Shown here: positions 1 through 10,300 of the stretch, in pieces
Numbering within the stretch: position 1 is the stretch's first letter
Layout: every line of letters starts with the position of its first letter
Origin: Candidatus Thorarchaeota archaeon
GTDB lineage: Archaea; Asgardarchaeota; Thorarchaeia; Thorarchaeales; Thorarchaeaceae
Assembly: GCA_048882325.1 (NCBI GenBank)
Contig: JBHLRS010000012.1
Span: 31,704 to 95,703, forward strand
DNA length: 64,000 nt
Direction: 5' to 3'
The notes under the pieces: model-generated
What the model saw: only the letters and a program-made list of their open reading frames with translations
The model's database searches: none
Told to the model about the DNA's origin: nothing
Translations under genes and position numbers: made by a program

Positions 1-2196
1 TCAGACTTCATATCTGACTTCGATGAAATATTCGTCTGGGATACATCACCAAAGTTGTTTGATTCGGACGAGGATGGACTTGGAGACTGGGACGAGTTAT
101 TCTACTGGTTCAGCGATCCCAATTTGAGAGACACAGATGGGGATTTACTAGAGGACGCAGAGGAGGCCCTAACATGGCATACCTGGTTGAATAGCACTGA
201 TACCGACATGGACAATGTATCAGACTATGATGAAATCAAGGTCTTCGAAACTGATGCCTTGCATTGGGACACTGACTCAGATTCAGTTTCAGACGGGGAC
301 GAGCTCTACGTCTACAACACATCACCTCTGCGTGAGGACACTGATTCAGATCTGCTTCTTGATGGGCAGGAGATCAATGGTTTCTTCATGACATTCAACA
401 TCAGTGGAGTAGTTGAAAGCAGATGGGTCTATACTAATCCTCGAGCCAAAGACACAGATCAGGATACATTATCAGATTTCGAAGAGGTTAACATGACTGG
501 TACCGATCCGACCCTGTTCAGTACACAGGGCACAACCATCTCTGATGCAGACTGGGACATTGATAATGATATGTTGACCAATGCACAGGAGATTCGTTTG
601 ACTCGGACCGACCCTCGAGTCTTCGATAGTGATTCAGATGGGAAGTCAGATGGGGCTGACGATGAGGACCGAGACCTACTCACCAACTACTGGGAGTGTG
701 TCCTGACCGAGACTGATCCAAGGGATCCCGATAGTAACGACAATGGTGTGTCAGACTATAATGACGACGAAGATGGTGACACACTCACGAACGGTGAGGA
801 GTGTGCCATCTACGGAACAGACCCACGGGACAGGGACACGGACCAGGATCAACTCGATGACAACGAAGAGATTGACGACTGGGGAACAGACCCCTTGAAC
901 AAGGATTCAGATTTTGATGGGCTGGAAGATGGACCTGAAGTTCATGAGTGGGGTACAATGCCTGACTCCAATGACACAGATCTCGACTGGCTAACTGACT
1001 ATGAGGAAGTTGTCTTGACTGGGACTGACCCGACAAAACCAATCACCTACGGAACTACCTATGACAGATGGTATGACAGTGATGATGATGGAATCAGCAA
1101 TTGGGAAGAGCTGAGAGTATACTTCACACTACCCAACGACCCTGACTTTGACAATGACGATCTACTGGATGGCCTCGAAATCACTCTGGGAACTGATATT
1201 AATGGCACAGACACGGACTTTGACCTATTAACGGATGGTCAGGAGTATCTGCTCTACGGTACAAATCCCTTAGAACCTGACAGTGATTTTGATCAATTGA
1301 CTGACTATGAAGAAGTAACCGTCTATGAAACGAATCCAAATGAGGTTGACACCGACTCTGATCAAATCAGTGATTACGATGAGGTCTTTGGCAACAACCC
1401 GCTGAGTGTCCCGACAGACCCACTTGAGGCTGATGGAGACTTTGATGGTTTGGATGACTACGAAGAACTTTTCACTTACGGTTCAAACCCCACTCTTGTT
1501 GACAGCGATCAGGACTCCTTGACCGACTTCATGGAGGTCACTGAATACCACACTTTACCAATGAATAATGACACCGATTCCGATCTCTTATCTGATGGTG
1601 CTGAAGTGAACGTTTATGGAACAGATCCCACAAATCCTGACAGCGACGGAGACTCACTCAGTGACTATAGAGAGGTCGTGGTGCTTGGTACTGACCCGAA
1701 CCACAGAGACAGTGACCGAGACGGGATTTTGGATGGCCAGGACCTCCTCCCGAATGTCCACTGGATATTCCCGATATCAGCCATCTTTGCTCTGGCCTTT
1801 GTGTTGGCTGTGGTTGTGAGGCGAGTCAGAGAGAGATATCTTGTGGAGGAGTTCGTCACCAAAGCAGAACCCGCGAGCTTGGGCTTGGAGCCGGGCATGG
1901 ACATCGCTGTGGAGTACAAGATACGGGAAGGTAAGGTCATCTTTGGCGTGGTGGTGCGGAACGGTGCTGACAACCCGATGCAGAACGTGCAGGTGATACT
2001 GGGAGTGCCAGACCTGACTGACGCCATCAAGACAGAGAACCTCGGTACAGTGGAACCAGACACGGTTTCAGTGGCGGAAATCGAGTTCGAGCTGCAGCCT
2101 GGTGCTGAAGGCGAGCTGGTCGGCATGATTGAGTACGACAGTGTCGACGGTGAGCACAAGGTCGTGAACCTGAAGCCAGTCAAGATTGTAGCATGA
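1..2196 (+). CDS. Large single-pass surface protein, 5'-truncated: many acidic DxDxDG (thrombospondin-type-3-like, Ca-binding) repeats, one TM helix, C-terminal Ig-like domain
   Basis: Frame is open from base 1 (SDFISDFDEIF...). Over 20 repeats of type DTDxDxLxDxEE...GTDP. Hydrophobic WIFPISAIFALAFVLAVVV is followed by RRVRER, then ~110 aa of alternating beta-strand pattern. Confidence 0.8.
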   Translation, partial: SDFISDFDEIFVWDTSPKLFDSDEDGLGDWDELFYWFSDPNLRDTDGDLLEDAEEALTWHTWLNSTDTDMDNVSDYDEIKVFETDALHWDTDSDSVSDGDELYVYNTSPLREDTDSDLLLDGQEINGFFMTFNISGVVESRWVYTNPRAKDTDQDTLSDFEEVNMTGTDPTLFSTQGTTISDADWDIDNDMLTNAQEIRLTRTDPRVFDSDSDGKSDGADDEDRDLLTNYWECVLTETDPRDPDSNDNGVSDYNDDEDGDTLTNGEECAIYGTDPRDRDTDQDQLDDNEEIDDWGTDPLNKDSDFDGLEDGPEVHEWGTMPDSNDTDLDWLTDYEEVVLTGTDPTKPITYGTTYDRWYDSDDDGISNWEELRVYFTLPNDPDFDNDDLLDGLEITLGTDINGTDTDFDLLTDGQEYLLYGTNPLEPDSDFDQLTDYEEVTVYETNPNEVDTDSDQISDYDEVFGNNPLSVPTDPLEADGDFDGLDDYEELFTYGSNPTLVDSDQDSLTDFMEVTEYHTLPMNNDTDSDLLSDGAEVNVYGTDPTNPDSDGDSLSDYREVVVLGTDPNHRDSDRDGILDGQDLLPNVHWIFPISAIFALAFVLAVVVRRVRERYLVEEFVTKAEPASLGLEPGMDIAVEYKIREGKVIFGVVVRNGADNPMQNVQVILGVPDLTDAIKTENLGTVEPDTVSVAEIEFELQPGAEGELVGMIEYDSVDGEHKVVNLKPVKIVA

Positions 2197-2238
2197 GGAA
2201 ACTAAGACCTCAATCCACCTGTCAGAATCACTGACCAA

Positions 2239-3327
2239 TCAAGCAGTGGAAGATGTCTCATCAGAGAGCAGAGCCTCAGTCTTCTGTGGAAATATGAGTA
2301 CGACAATGGTGAGAGCTAGTCCAGCAACTGCAGATTGAATACGTGGTACTGGGTCTTTCCATGGTTTCCAGACATCCTGCACAGTTTCAACTGACAGATT
2401 GACAGTTGCGTCTTGTGCAATCCGGTCTAGTCGGACTGTGAACCCTGTCAGGTTCCCTCTTGGAAGTTCAAACTGTAAGGGACTCAAGGAGGTATTCGTG
2501 ATGGTCAGAAGAGGTACATTTTCCGTGAAGTCCTCCGGGGTGATAGTTACAGCTACGAATACTCCATTGGTGGAGAAGTTCGCAATCCTAGCGAAAGTTG
2601 TCGAATCCTCTAACTCCACTGACTCATTAAACTCGATGAAAGGAGTTGATGTGTTCAAATTGAAATGGTAGGTGTGAGTTTCAAGCACAAGATCATACCG
2701 GTGGAGCGTTCCTTCGTTGTTGTAGGTATACGCCAAAATGGGAGCAATTAGGACTGCACTAACCAGTAGTACTATGATTATTGCAAATCCTCTTACATCA
2801 GGTCGAGAACCCCAGTTCCGGTATAGAAGAAATACAAGAGGGATCGGAAAAAGCCAAAACACAGTGGGACTGGACATTAGGAAGTCGGTCGATGGATACG
2901 TGCCCCAGATTCCGAATCTTACAGAGATTTGTACGGACTGATTGTCATATCTTGTAATCCGAATAACGGGCCATGTTGTATCAGCTAGGCTAATACAGAC
3001 CAAAGAAATTCCTCGAATCTCAGTCACATTTTGTAGGATTGCATCGGGATTGTCAGTGTTATAATTCCAGTACGCACTGACGATAACTGGAGATCCATTT
3101 GTTGTGAGTTCTTCAATCACAATTTTGTCTGCAAAGGGAAAAGCAATCTCATACACAGGAAAGCCTTCATTCAACACTATGGTATCATCAAACACCGGTG
3201 TCACATACATGGGATACGAAGGAAAAAGAAACGGAACAAATGGGATCGTCGCGATTCCGACAAGACCAATTAGAATGACCACTGAAATTCTTCTGGTCAT
3301 GACTAACGACTTACGAGAACCCTCCAT
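2239..3327 (-). CDS. Hypothetical membrane protein with two internally duplicated extracytoplasmic beta domains
   Basis: Four hydrophobic segments. Repeated pattern LN-x-x-x-P..E....TNG..V.V....L.N/T....IR/RL.R....V.I/LSV occurs in both halves. Confidence 0.6.
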   Translation of the reverse strand: MEGSRKSLVMTRRISVVILIGLVGIATIPFVPFLFPSYPMYVTPVFDDTIVLNEGFPVYEIAFPFADKIVIEELTTNGSPVIVSAYWNYNTDNPDAILQNVTEIRGISLVCISLADTTWPVIRITRYDNQSVQISVRFGIWGTYPSTDFLMSSPTVFWLFPIPLVFLLYRNWGSRPDVRGFAIIIVLLVSAVLIAPILAYTYNNEGTLHRYDLVLETHTYHFNLNTSTPFIEFNESVELEDSTTFARIANFSTNGVFVAVTITPEDFTENVPLLTITNTSLSPLQFELPRGNLTGFTVRLDRIAQDATVNLSVETVQDVWKPWKDPVPRIQSAVAGLALTIVVLIFPQKTEALLSDETSSTA

Positions 3328-3444
3328 TCTAAACCAAGATGATATTGCATCCTAACCCAATTAAGATTGCTATTCGAAGTAAATATGTTGCGGCATCTCA
3401 GTTATTTTGCGGTGTCGAAGTATTTGGCTCAGAGTATGGAGGGG

Positions 3445-4647
3445 CTAGACCTTAGAAGCGTCAGTGGAATATGCACCCACTGACCGTGCAATCTCTTGGA
3501 CTTCAGCGGGATGACCGAAGAGTGCACAGGGAGTGTCCTCATTGGTGAGGAGGTGCTCGTTCTCGCGGATGGCGATAAATAATGGACTTGCTAGCCCCTC
3601 TCTGAAGGATGTGTTGGAGAGATTGTGTGTGGCCAGGTTCGAAACGGGACAGGCTGTGAGGTCGCCTTGAGGAGTGACATGTGCAAAACCCCGACCAGCA
3701 GAAACACATCCACCAAAATAATCCTCATCTCCGGGTGAGTGAATGACATACAGGGAATTTTTCCTCCTGTACTCAAGTACCTGTAATCGGAATTCCTCGC
3801 GCTCCTGAGGAGAGAGCATGAGGGTTTTGTTGTAGGGCCCACAGGTGTCACCAGTGAGGTTCTCAGCCATCACAGGAATGTACTCGATGAAGACTCCGAC
3901 CAGCACGCCCAGTTTGACATACCGATCCAGATTCTCTTTCTGCATCCAGAACTGGTAGTTCTGATTGGTGATTGTCACTGAGATGCCAGTTGGGACACCA
4001 CTTGACTTTAGACGGGTCAAGGTCTCAAGGGCCTGTTTGTGGACTCCTCGCCCCCGACGGGCATCGGTTGCCTCTTCACTGCCCTCAACACTCACAATCA
4101 CTGCGACGTTCTTAGTACTCCGAAGGCGTTTGTGATCGTAACGGGTGAGTGCGGTCCCATTGGTGAGGATGATGAAGAACCGATCCTTGAAGGACTCGCA
4201 TAGCTCTAACAGCCCACTGAAGAGGAACGGTTCTCCACCTGCAATAATGAAACCGAAGACACCTTGCTCAGCTGCATCCTTAATGATATCATACCATTGA
4301 TTCCAGTCAAGGGTCGGTCTTGCGGCGGAACAGCCAGAACGTTGAGCAATGTCTAGGGTTCCCACAGCAGCTGCGTAGCAACCTGCACATGTGAGATTAC
4401 ACTTGGATGTGATACTGAGGATAAGAAAGGGAGGGACACTCAGACCAGCCTCTCTGGCTTCACGTCTGAGCCTCTCGGTCTTCTTGTAAGACCGTGCAAG
4501 TCTAAAACCAGCCCTGATGTATCTAGGGTTACGCAACACCCAGGGTACGAAGAGGCGGGACATGTTGGAATCAAGTCCATCAAGGACCTTCTTCATCTGT
4601 CCTGGTGCTTTGTCTTCATTAGCGTGCTCTTTGACTGTTGTTAACAT
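3445..4647 (-). CDS. Radical SAM protein with C-terminal SPASM/twitch-type cysteines
   Basis: CNLTCAGC (CxxxCxxC), GGEP, TNG, C-terminal GCVSAGRG...G.L.ACP...C. Confidence 0.9.
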   Translation of the reverse strand: MLTTVKEHANEDKAPGQMKKVLDGLDSNMSRLFVPWVLRNPRYIRAGFRLARSYKKTERLRREAREAGLSVPPFLILSITSKCNLTCAGCYAAAVGTLDIAQRSGCSAARPTLDWNQWYDIIKDAAEQGVFGFIIAGGEPFLFSGLLELCESFKDRFFIILTNGTALTRYDHKRLRSTKNVAVIVSVEGSEEATDARRGRGVHKQALETLTRLKSSGVPTGISVTITNQNYQFWMQKENLDRYVKLGVLVGVFIEYIPVMAENLTGDTCGPYNKTLMLSPQEREEFRLQVLEYRRKNSLYVIHSPGDEDYFGGCVSAGRGFAHVTPQGDLTACPVSNLATHNLSNTSFREGLASPLFIAIRENEHLLTNEDTPCALFGHPAEVQEIARSVGAYSTDASKV

Positions 4648-4707
4648 CTACTTTCCCAACTTTGTGATGGCGCGTGTGATGTACTTCACCTCAAAACTAT
4701 ATAAAAT

Positions 4708-4761
4708 GTTTGATGTGCGCCAAACGTTGCAACAAGGCCAAACGTTTAAATGTGTTCAAAT
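4708..4761. promoter_or_regulatory. Three abutting 18-bp palindromic boxes (consensus GTTTG-N8-CAAAC) in the divergent radical SAM/flavodoxin promoter
   Basis: GTTTG-atgtgcgc-CAAAC 4708-4725; GTTGC-aacaaggc-CAAAC 4726-4743; GTTTA-aatgtgtt-CAAAT 4744-4761. Adjacent to a minus-strand TATA (tatataaa 4698-4705). Confidence 0.7.
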
Positions 4762-4817
4762 AAAACAAGAAGACACGCGCCACCTATGTCATGTACACAT
4801 AGGGGGAGATGGTACAA

Positions 4818-5309
4818 ATGAAGAAGGTACTAATCATTTACGACACGCAATTTGGAAACACTAGAAAACTTGCTCTTGAGCTTGCCATTGGTATCCAACA
4901 GAACGAGGGAGTCATGGCGAAGGTTGGAAATGGTGATAGTCTTGATACAGAGGACCTGTCACAGTATGATGGGATCTTGTTTGGCGGTCCAACACGCGCG
5001 TTCAGAGCCACTAGAGGAGCAATGAACTCCATTAAGAAAGCAGTTGAGATTGGTCTTGGCGAAAAGGTCGTTTCGACATTTGGCACCTACATGATGGGAG
5101 ATCAGTCGAGAGGTGTCAAGGCTATGGACAAGAGATTGAGGAAAGTAGCGGGTAACGCGAAGGTGATCAGTCCTGGTTTCTCAGCCAAAGTTGGTGGTGT
5201 ACGTGGTCCAATCAATGCTGAAGAGATTCCGAAGGCTCATGAATGGGGTAGAAACTTTGGCAACAAGGTGCTTCAGTACAAACCTCAGATAGCAATACAT
5301 TCTGTTTAG
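4818..5309 (+). CDS. Flavodoxin-like protein
   Basis: YDTQFGNT FMN phosphate loop, YDGILFGGPT, FGTY; flavodoxin length. Confidence 0.9.
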   Translation: MKKVLIIYDTQFGNTRKLALELAIGIQQNEGVMAKVGNGDSLDTEDLSQYDGILFGGPTRAFRATRGAMNSIKKAVEIGLGEKVVSTFGTYMMGDQSRGVKAMDKRLRKVAGNAKVISPGFSAKVGGVRGPINAEEIPKAHEWGRNFGNKVLQYKPQIAIHSV

Positions 5310-5358
5310 AAATGAGAATCACATTACTTAAGGGCTGGATTCACTCCTAGAAAGTAGT

Positions 5359-6042
5359 ATGATAGAAGTCTATACTGCGGCCTTCTGGGTGGTCGCAATA
5401 ATCTCGGTAATACTTCAGGACCGAAAGGCAGAATCTGGAGTGATTAAGGTCGCATCGCCGACCACGGTTATCAAGTTCCTCCCTACATTAAGCGCTGCAG
5501 TATACGTCCTTTTGTTCAGACCTATCACTCTGTTTACCATCCTGCTAGCAGTAGCCCTAGTGTTCTGCACATTCGGAGATGTCGGGATGGAGATCTCGCT
5601 AGTACCAGGAATTGGTATGTTTCTGATAGCTCATATTTTCTTTACATCTAACCTACTCTGGCATAGCGTTGTAGGATTGACGATAATTCCAATGGCACTT
5701 TTTGCAGTGTGCTTTGCTATTGGAATAATCTATGTCTTCATGTTCATCAGATATCTTCAATCAGATGGACCAGAAATACCACCATTCATCCTCAGAGCAG
5801 GGTCATTGTACTTTATCCTCATTGTAGCAACATTCAGCTCGACCATGCTTCTCTGGCAGACAACAGGAATTCAGCTAGGATACCTACTAGGGATTGGGGC
5901 ACTCGCCTTCATTGTCTCAGACTCGTTCATCGCAGTCAATGAGTTCCACCACAAGCTCTCACACCATGAGTTCTACATCATGCCAACATACTACTTGGCG
6001 ATATTCTTGCTCTCACTAGGTGTGTTCGTTTACGCATTATAG
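5359..6042 (+). CDS. YhhN/TMEM86 (lysoplasmalogenase) family membrane protein
   Basis: K.LP, GDVGM, GIGMFLIAHIF, GALAFIVSDSFIA, TYYLA are YhhN hallmark motifs. Confidence 0.85.
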   Translation: MIEVYTAAFWVVAIISVILQDRKAESGVIKVASPTTVIKFLPTLSAAVYVLLFRPITLFTILLAVALVFCTFGDVGMEISLVPGIGMFLIAHIFFTSNLLWHSVVGLTIIPMALFAVCFAIGIIYVFMFIRYLQSDGPEIPPFILRAGSLYFILIVATFSSTMLLWQTTGIQLGYLLGIGALAFIVSDSFIAVNEFHHKLSHHEFYIMPTYYLAIFLLSLGVFVYAL

Positions 6043-6081
6043 AAAAACAGAACAAACGCTGGTTACAAAGTTTGATAAGAA

Positions 6082-7368
6082 TTGGCAACCTCACAGGCTG
6101 ATGGGAGCCGATTGAATAACGAAGAGCTGCTGGAAACGATTGATGCCAAGCTGGATCAGCTGAACCCTGCAGAGCTGATAGAACCAGAGAGCATCCATCC
6201 AGTGGCGATTATGACCAGAGAAAGAAGGCAGCTCGGGGAGCTAGAGAAAGAGCTGCTTCAGATCCTGGACCTAGTGAAGATGGATGAACGGGTTCCAAGC
6301 ATCATCACACGACTTGCGAATGTCTACCTCAAGGAGGCTACTTTTGGAAGGGCAATAGTCCTATACGAGTTGACACTAGGGTTCAATAGCAAACAGGTCA
6401 GCGCTTGGATAAACATGGGCTTGGCATATCTAATGGTTTCAAGCCCCAAGGAAGCAATCAGTTGCCTTGGAAGTGCTCTGGCACTAGACCAGAGAAATGC
6501 TCTTGCACTGGTGTATCTTGGCATGGCGCAACTCAAGCTGGAAGAGTTCAATGATGCAAATGCAAACCTTGACCGAGCTATTTCTATAGACTCCAATATG
6601 GCAAGAGCACTTCTTGGCAAGGGAGAGTACTTCAGAGCAAGAGGAGAACCCGAAGTAGCAGTGACCTGGATTCGAAGGGCTCTGTCAATGGACCCCAATT
6701 TCCTAGCTGCCCTGATGGAACTGGGCAATGTCTACTTGTCTCTCAAGAAATACGAAGAGGGAATTGAGGTTCTTACAAAGGCTCTAGCAATCGACCCAGA
6801 ACAAGCATATGCACTGGCCACGATGGGAGACATCTATAGTGCGCAGAACGATCTCGAATCAGCTCTCTACTATTATGATAAAGCAGTGAGCATCAAGTTT
6901 GATGATCCAGAACTTTGGATAAAGAAGGGGGACATCCATAAATCACTGAAGTCTTATCAGCAGGCTTCCAACGCCTATCAGAAAGCAATCAATGCTGATC
7001 CTGAGCACATCGAGTCATGGGTAAAGAATGGCGCAGTGATGTTACTTCTTGACGATGAGGGAACAGCACTGGAGTATCTAAATACAGCATTGGCATTGAA
7101 TCCAAACAATGCAGATGTATCGCACCAGAGAGGGCTCATCTATTACTCATTGGAGAGGTATCAAGAAGCACTTGATGACTTTGATGCTGCCTTCGCAGTA
7201 GATCCTGGAAATCCTATGCATCTCTACTATCGTGCATCGATATTGGAGCAATTAGATAGAAATGAAGAGGCCAAGAGGACATGGCAGGTAGCTCTAAGTC
7301 TGTTCAAAGAGATTGGAAATGAGATGAAGGTAGCCGAGTGTTCAGCTAGACTGAAACGACTTGGGTAG
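6082..7368 (+). CDS. Tetratricopeptide repeat protein (~10 TPRs)
   Basis: Regular 34-aa repeats such as AW.N.G..Y.......A......AL..DP. Confidence 0.9.
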   Translation: MATSQADGSRLNNEELLETIDAKLDQLNPAELIEPESIHPVAIMTRERRQLGELEKELLQILDLVKMDERVPSIITRLANVYLKEATFGRAIVLYELTLGFNSKQVSAWINMGLAYLMVSSPKEAISCLGSALALDQRNALALVYLGMAQLKLEEFNDANANLDRAISIDSNMARALLGKGEYFRARGEPEVAVTWIRRALSMDPNFLAALMELGNVYLSLKKYEEGIEVLTKALAIDPEQAYALATMGDIYSAQNDLESALYYYDKAVSIKFDDPELWIKKGDIHKSLKSYQQASNAYQKAINADPEHIESWVKNGAVMLLLDDEGTALEYLNTALALNPNNADVSHQRGLIYYSLERYQEALDDFDAAFAVDPGNPMHLYYRASILEQLDRNEEAKRTWQVALSLFKEIGNEMKVAECSARLKRLG

Positions 7369-7371
7369 GTG

Positions 7372-10300
7372 TCACTCTATCCTTTCAGGGAGGGCCTTCA
7401 GCATTTCTACTGTATCCACATCTTTTGAGATGACAAGGTAGCTGACTATGTCTGTGCTCTCACCGGGCTTTAATGCCCGTCTCTCACGGACCCCGAATAT
7501 CTGAGCCTTCTCGCTAAGCGTGTCAATGTACATCATTTCGTCAGATTTGTATGCAGAGATGATTCCTAATACCGTTCCATCACTCGGACTCTTGAGGGCA
7601 CCCCAACCTGACCTACCCACAAACATGTCAACTCCACTTGTGTGTGGTTCATAGATTAGTCTGTGACCTTCTTTCTCTGTGTACACGAAACTACAACCAT
7701 CCCCACCAGGCATCGGGATTCCTCTGAACCCCAAGAGAGCACGCTTCCATTGTTTGCTGGTGTTTGAGAAAGACGCAGTCACACTCAGCAATGGTGTTCC
7801 TGGTAGTATAAGATATGTCATAGAAACCTCCACACCCTTTAGACCAGGACTATGTTGAAACGTTGAGGTTGTCTTGTATCCTACCCAGGGTCCAGACTTC
7901 ATATCGGATATGCTCCAGATTTCCTTTTGTAGAGCAGTTTCCCAGTCCCAGACATTCCAGCCTACAAACAATGGACTTAATCCACTATGGACCCGATTTG
8001 ACCACACCCAGGGGCCCACTTCTGGAAAGGTATCATAGAGTACACTCTTTGCTCCTTCTTCACCATATCTGACCAGAGTACCACCATGTTCGGGACACGC
8101 TGATATTGAGTATCCACTAGTGTTGAGTGTATGTAGATGAACGCCCTCCACCTCGGTGATCTCTCTCTCGACAGTCGCTGAGGAATCGAAGACAACTGCA
8201 GTCAGTGGCAGCCTGAAGATTCTTGACTTAAAGCGAATCTCAATCTCTCCATTCTTTCGGAACCACGTGGATTCATCGGATACTGATATTCTCAGAGGAT
8301 AGGCAAAGGGCTTGTCGAGACCAATCTCCTCAGCCTTGAACTCAATCTCACTCTTACCGTCCACAGTCAGACCATCTGGCAGTCTGAGCCGAAACTCAGC
8401 ACCTATGGGGGTTTCATGGATAAGACGCAGGCGAAGTTCATGTTCGTTCTCCTTTGCCTTATCGACAAGGATTGGACTTGGAACTTTCCTCATTTGACTA
8501 CTGCTTTTGGGAGTAATTTCCACTTCTAGATCTGACCTGATGTCAACAATCTCTGTTACTGGATCAATTATACCATTCAGTTCTCTGTAGAGTGCTCGAA
8601 CCTTACGCCAATCGCCATCCCCAATATACATGCTAAGAGGTTTCTTTGTGATTGTTTCACCTGGCTCCAAGTCAGGCAAACTATATTCTACTCGAGAAAC
8701 GTCCCAACCTCGAATGAGTCGCGCATCCTTAGCGTGTTCTGATTCCCAGATGTAGCCAATGAGGTATCTCTCTTGATGTCGATGCATTGCCATCCATGAC
8801 TCATGATATTCCTTTGCAGGCTTTGGTAACTGTCTCCAACCACCCCAGTCTACCGAATCTAAACAATAGATACTTCCACGTAGAGGTACATATCCCTGAT
8901 CGAAGACTCCTCCGAACCAGCCAATGCAACGCAAACCAAAGTTCTCAATAGGGGACGTGCCCCGATTTTCGAGCTTGGAGATGGTTTCGAGAAGATTAGG
9001 TCCAGAGTGTAGACGATAAGTAAGCGTTTGATGAAGTCCAGCTCGCTCTTGATAGTCCCCCGTGAGTCGGACATCTGCATACTCTGTGCAATACTCCAAC
9101 TCAATCTTTGGAGTGAGACGGCTCCATTCACCGCCTTCACCTGGAAAAGGATACCCTACTTCTACACCCATCACACTCCAACCGCCAACATACCTATTCA
9201 ATGGTTTATACTCGAAGCCAACAAAGCCCTGTGTAGGACGAGTGTTCATTATCGCGCGGATGTCCTGTGTTTCAAGAATCACCCTGTCATCCATACTCTT
9301 GTATGCAACCGCTCCTTTCATTCCTAAAACAGGAATGTTGAATTGCTTTGAAACAACTGTAACAAGGGATCCTTCATCCTCTAGACTGAGCGAAAAGCCA
9401 AGTGAGAGGAGGTGACCAATTTCTCCTTCAACCTCAATCGAGAGGGTTTCTTCAAAGACCTGTCCAGGTTTCAACTTAAACGGAATTTTTAGAGGTGTGA
9501 CCTTTACCTGCTCAGGTGGTGAGAGAACCATCTCTCCTTTGAGATCTACACTTGTGTTGTTCCTAGCCCCTAGACCAACTTCTTCATTACCTAAAGGTCT
9601 CAGAGTGGGATATAATGGGCCAGGTGTCACCGTCACAGCCTCAGCCGGGATGAGACCACTATAGAGTGTGATTGACTGTTCGCCTAGTTCGATGGACCAC
9701 TCTCCATAGGTCGGGACCTTCTCATCAGCATTTGTTTCTCTTTCAATTGGTCGTGCAGTATTTGAGATTGAATAATGGCCAGTGGTCTTGAAAGATTCTC
9801 CGGCAGGAACAACACCAGCGCTATTTTCAGAAAGATGGATGTCTACATTCTTCTCTGGCGTGACACTGATGTTATAGGAAAGATCCGTTTCACGACCATT
9901 CTCAATTGTAAGTTCAACCGGAACCTTCCCATATCCAATGTATCCTGTATGGACTGAAGGTTGGACTTTGGCAGATAGTGTCTGACCGCCCAGAGACAAG
10001 TGAAAGCCACAGATACCCTTTGCCTCTCTATCTACTGTGATATCTAGAAGGTCACTGTTCTCACCTTCAAAATGATACTTGAATACACCAATATCATTCT
10101 CAACAATATCATCCACTTCTTGACGTATCTCTCGTTTAAATGAATCATACCAGTGATATTTCTCAAAGAAGTCCTTAAACATGGGATTTCCGATTATCCC
10201 TGGAATATGTGACTCCATGAGGACTCTGGTTCCTGGCACCCAATTGTAGCCAGTCCGCTTGTAGAGTGGAAGTGCCTTCAGGTTTCCAGCCCAAGTGTGA

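Noticed and set aside
1-1750. DNA-level repeat or DGR target region
   Set aside because: Repeats are at the protein level with diverged codons. No template/variable repeat pair or reverse transcriptase was seen.
4708-4761. Mini-CRISPR or tandem repeat array (also 14942-15036)
   Set aside because: Units are 18 bp with 8-bp variable cores and no cas genes are present. The layout fits protein-binding operators.
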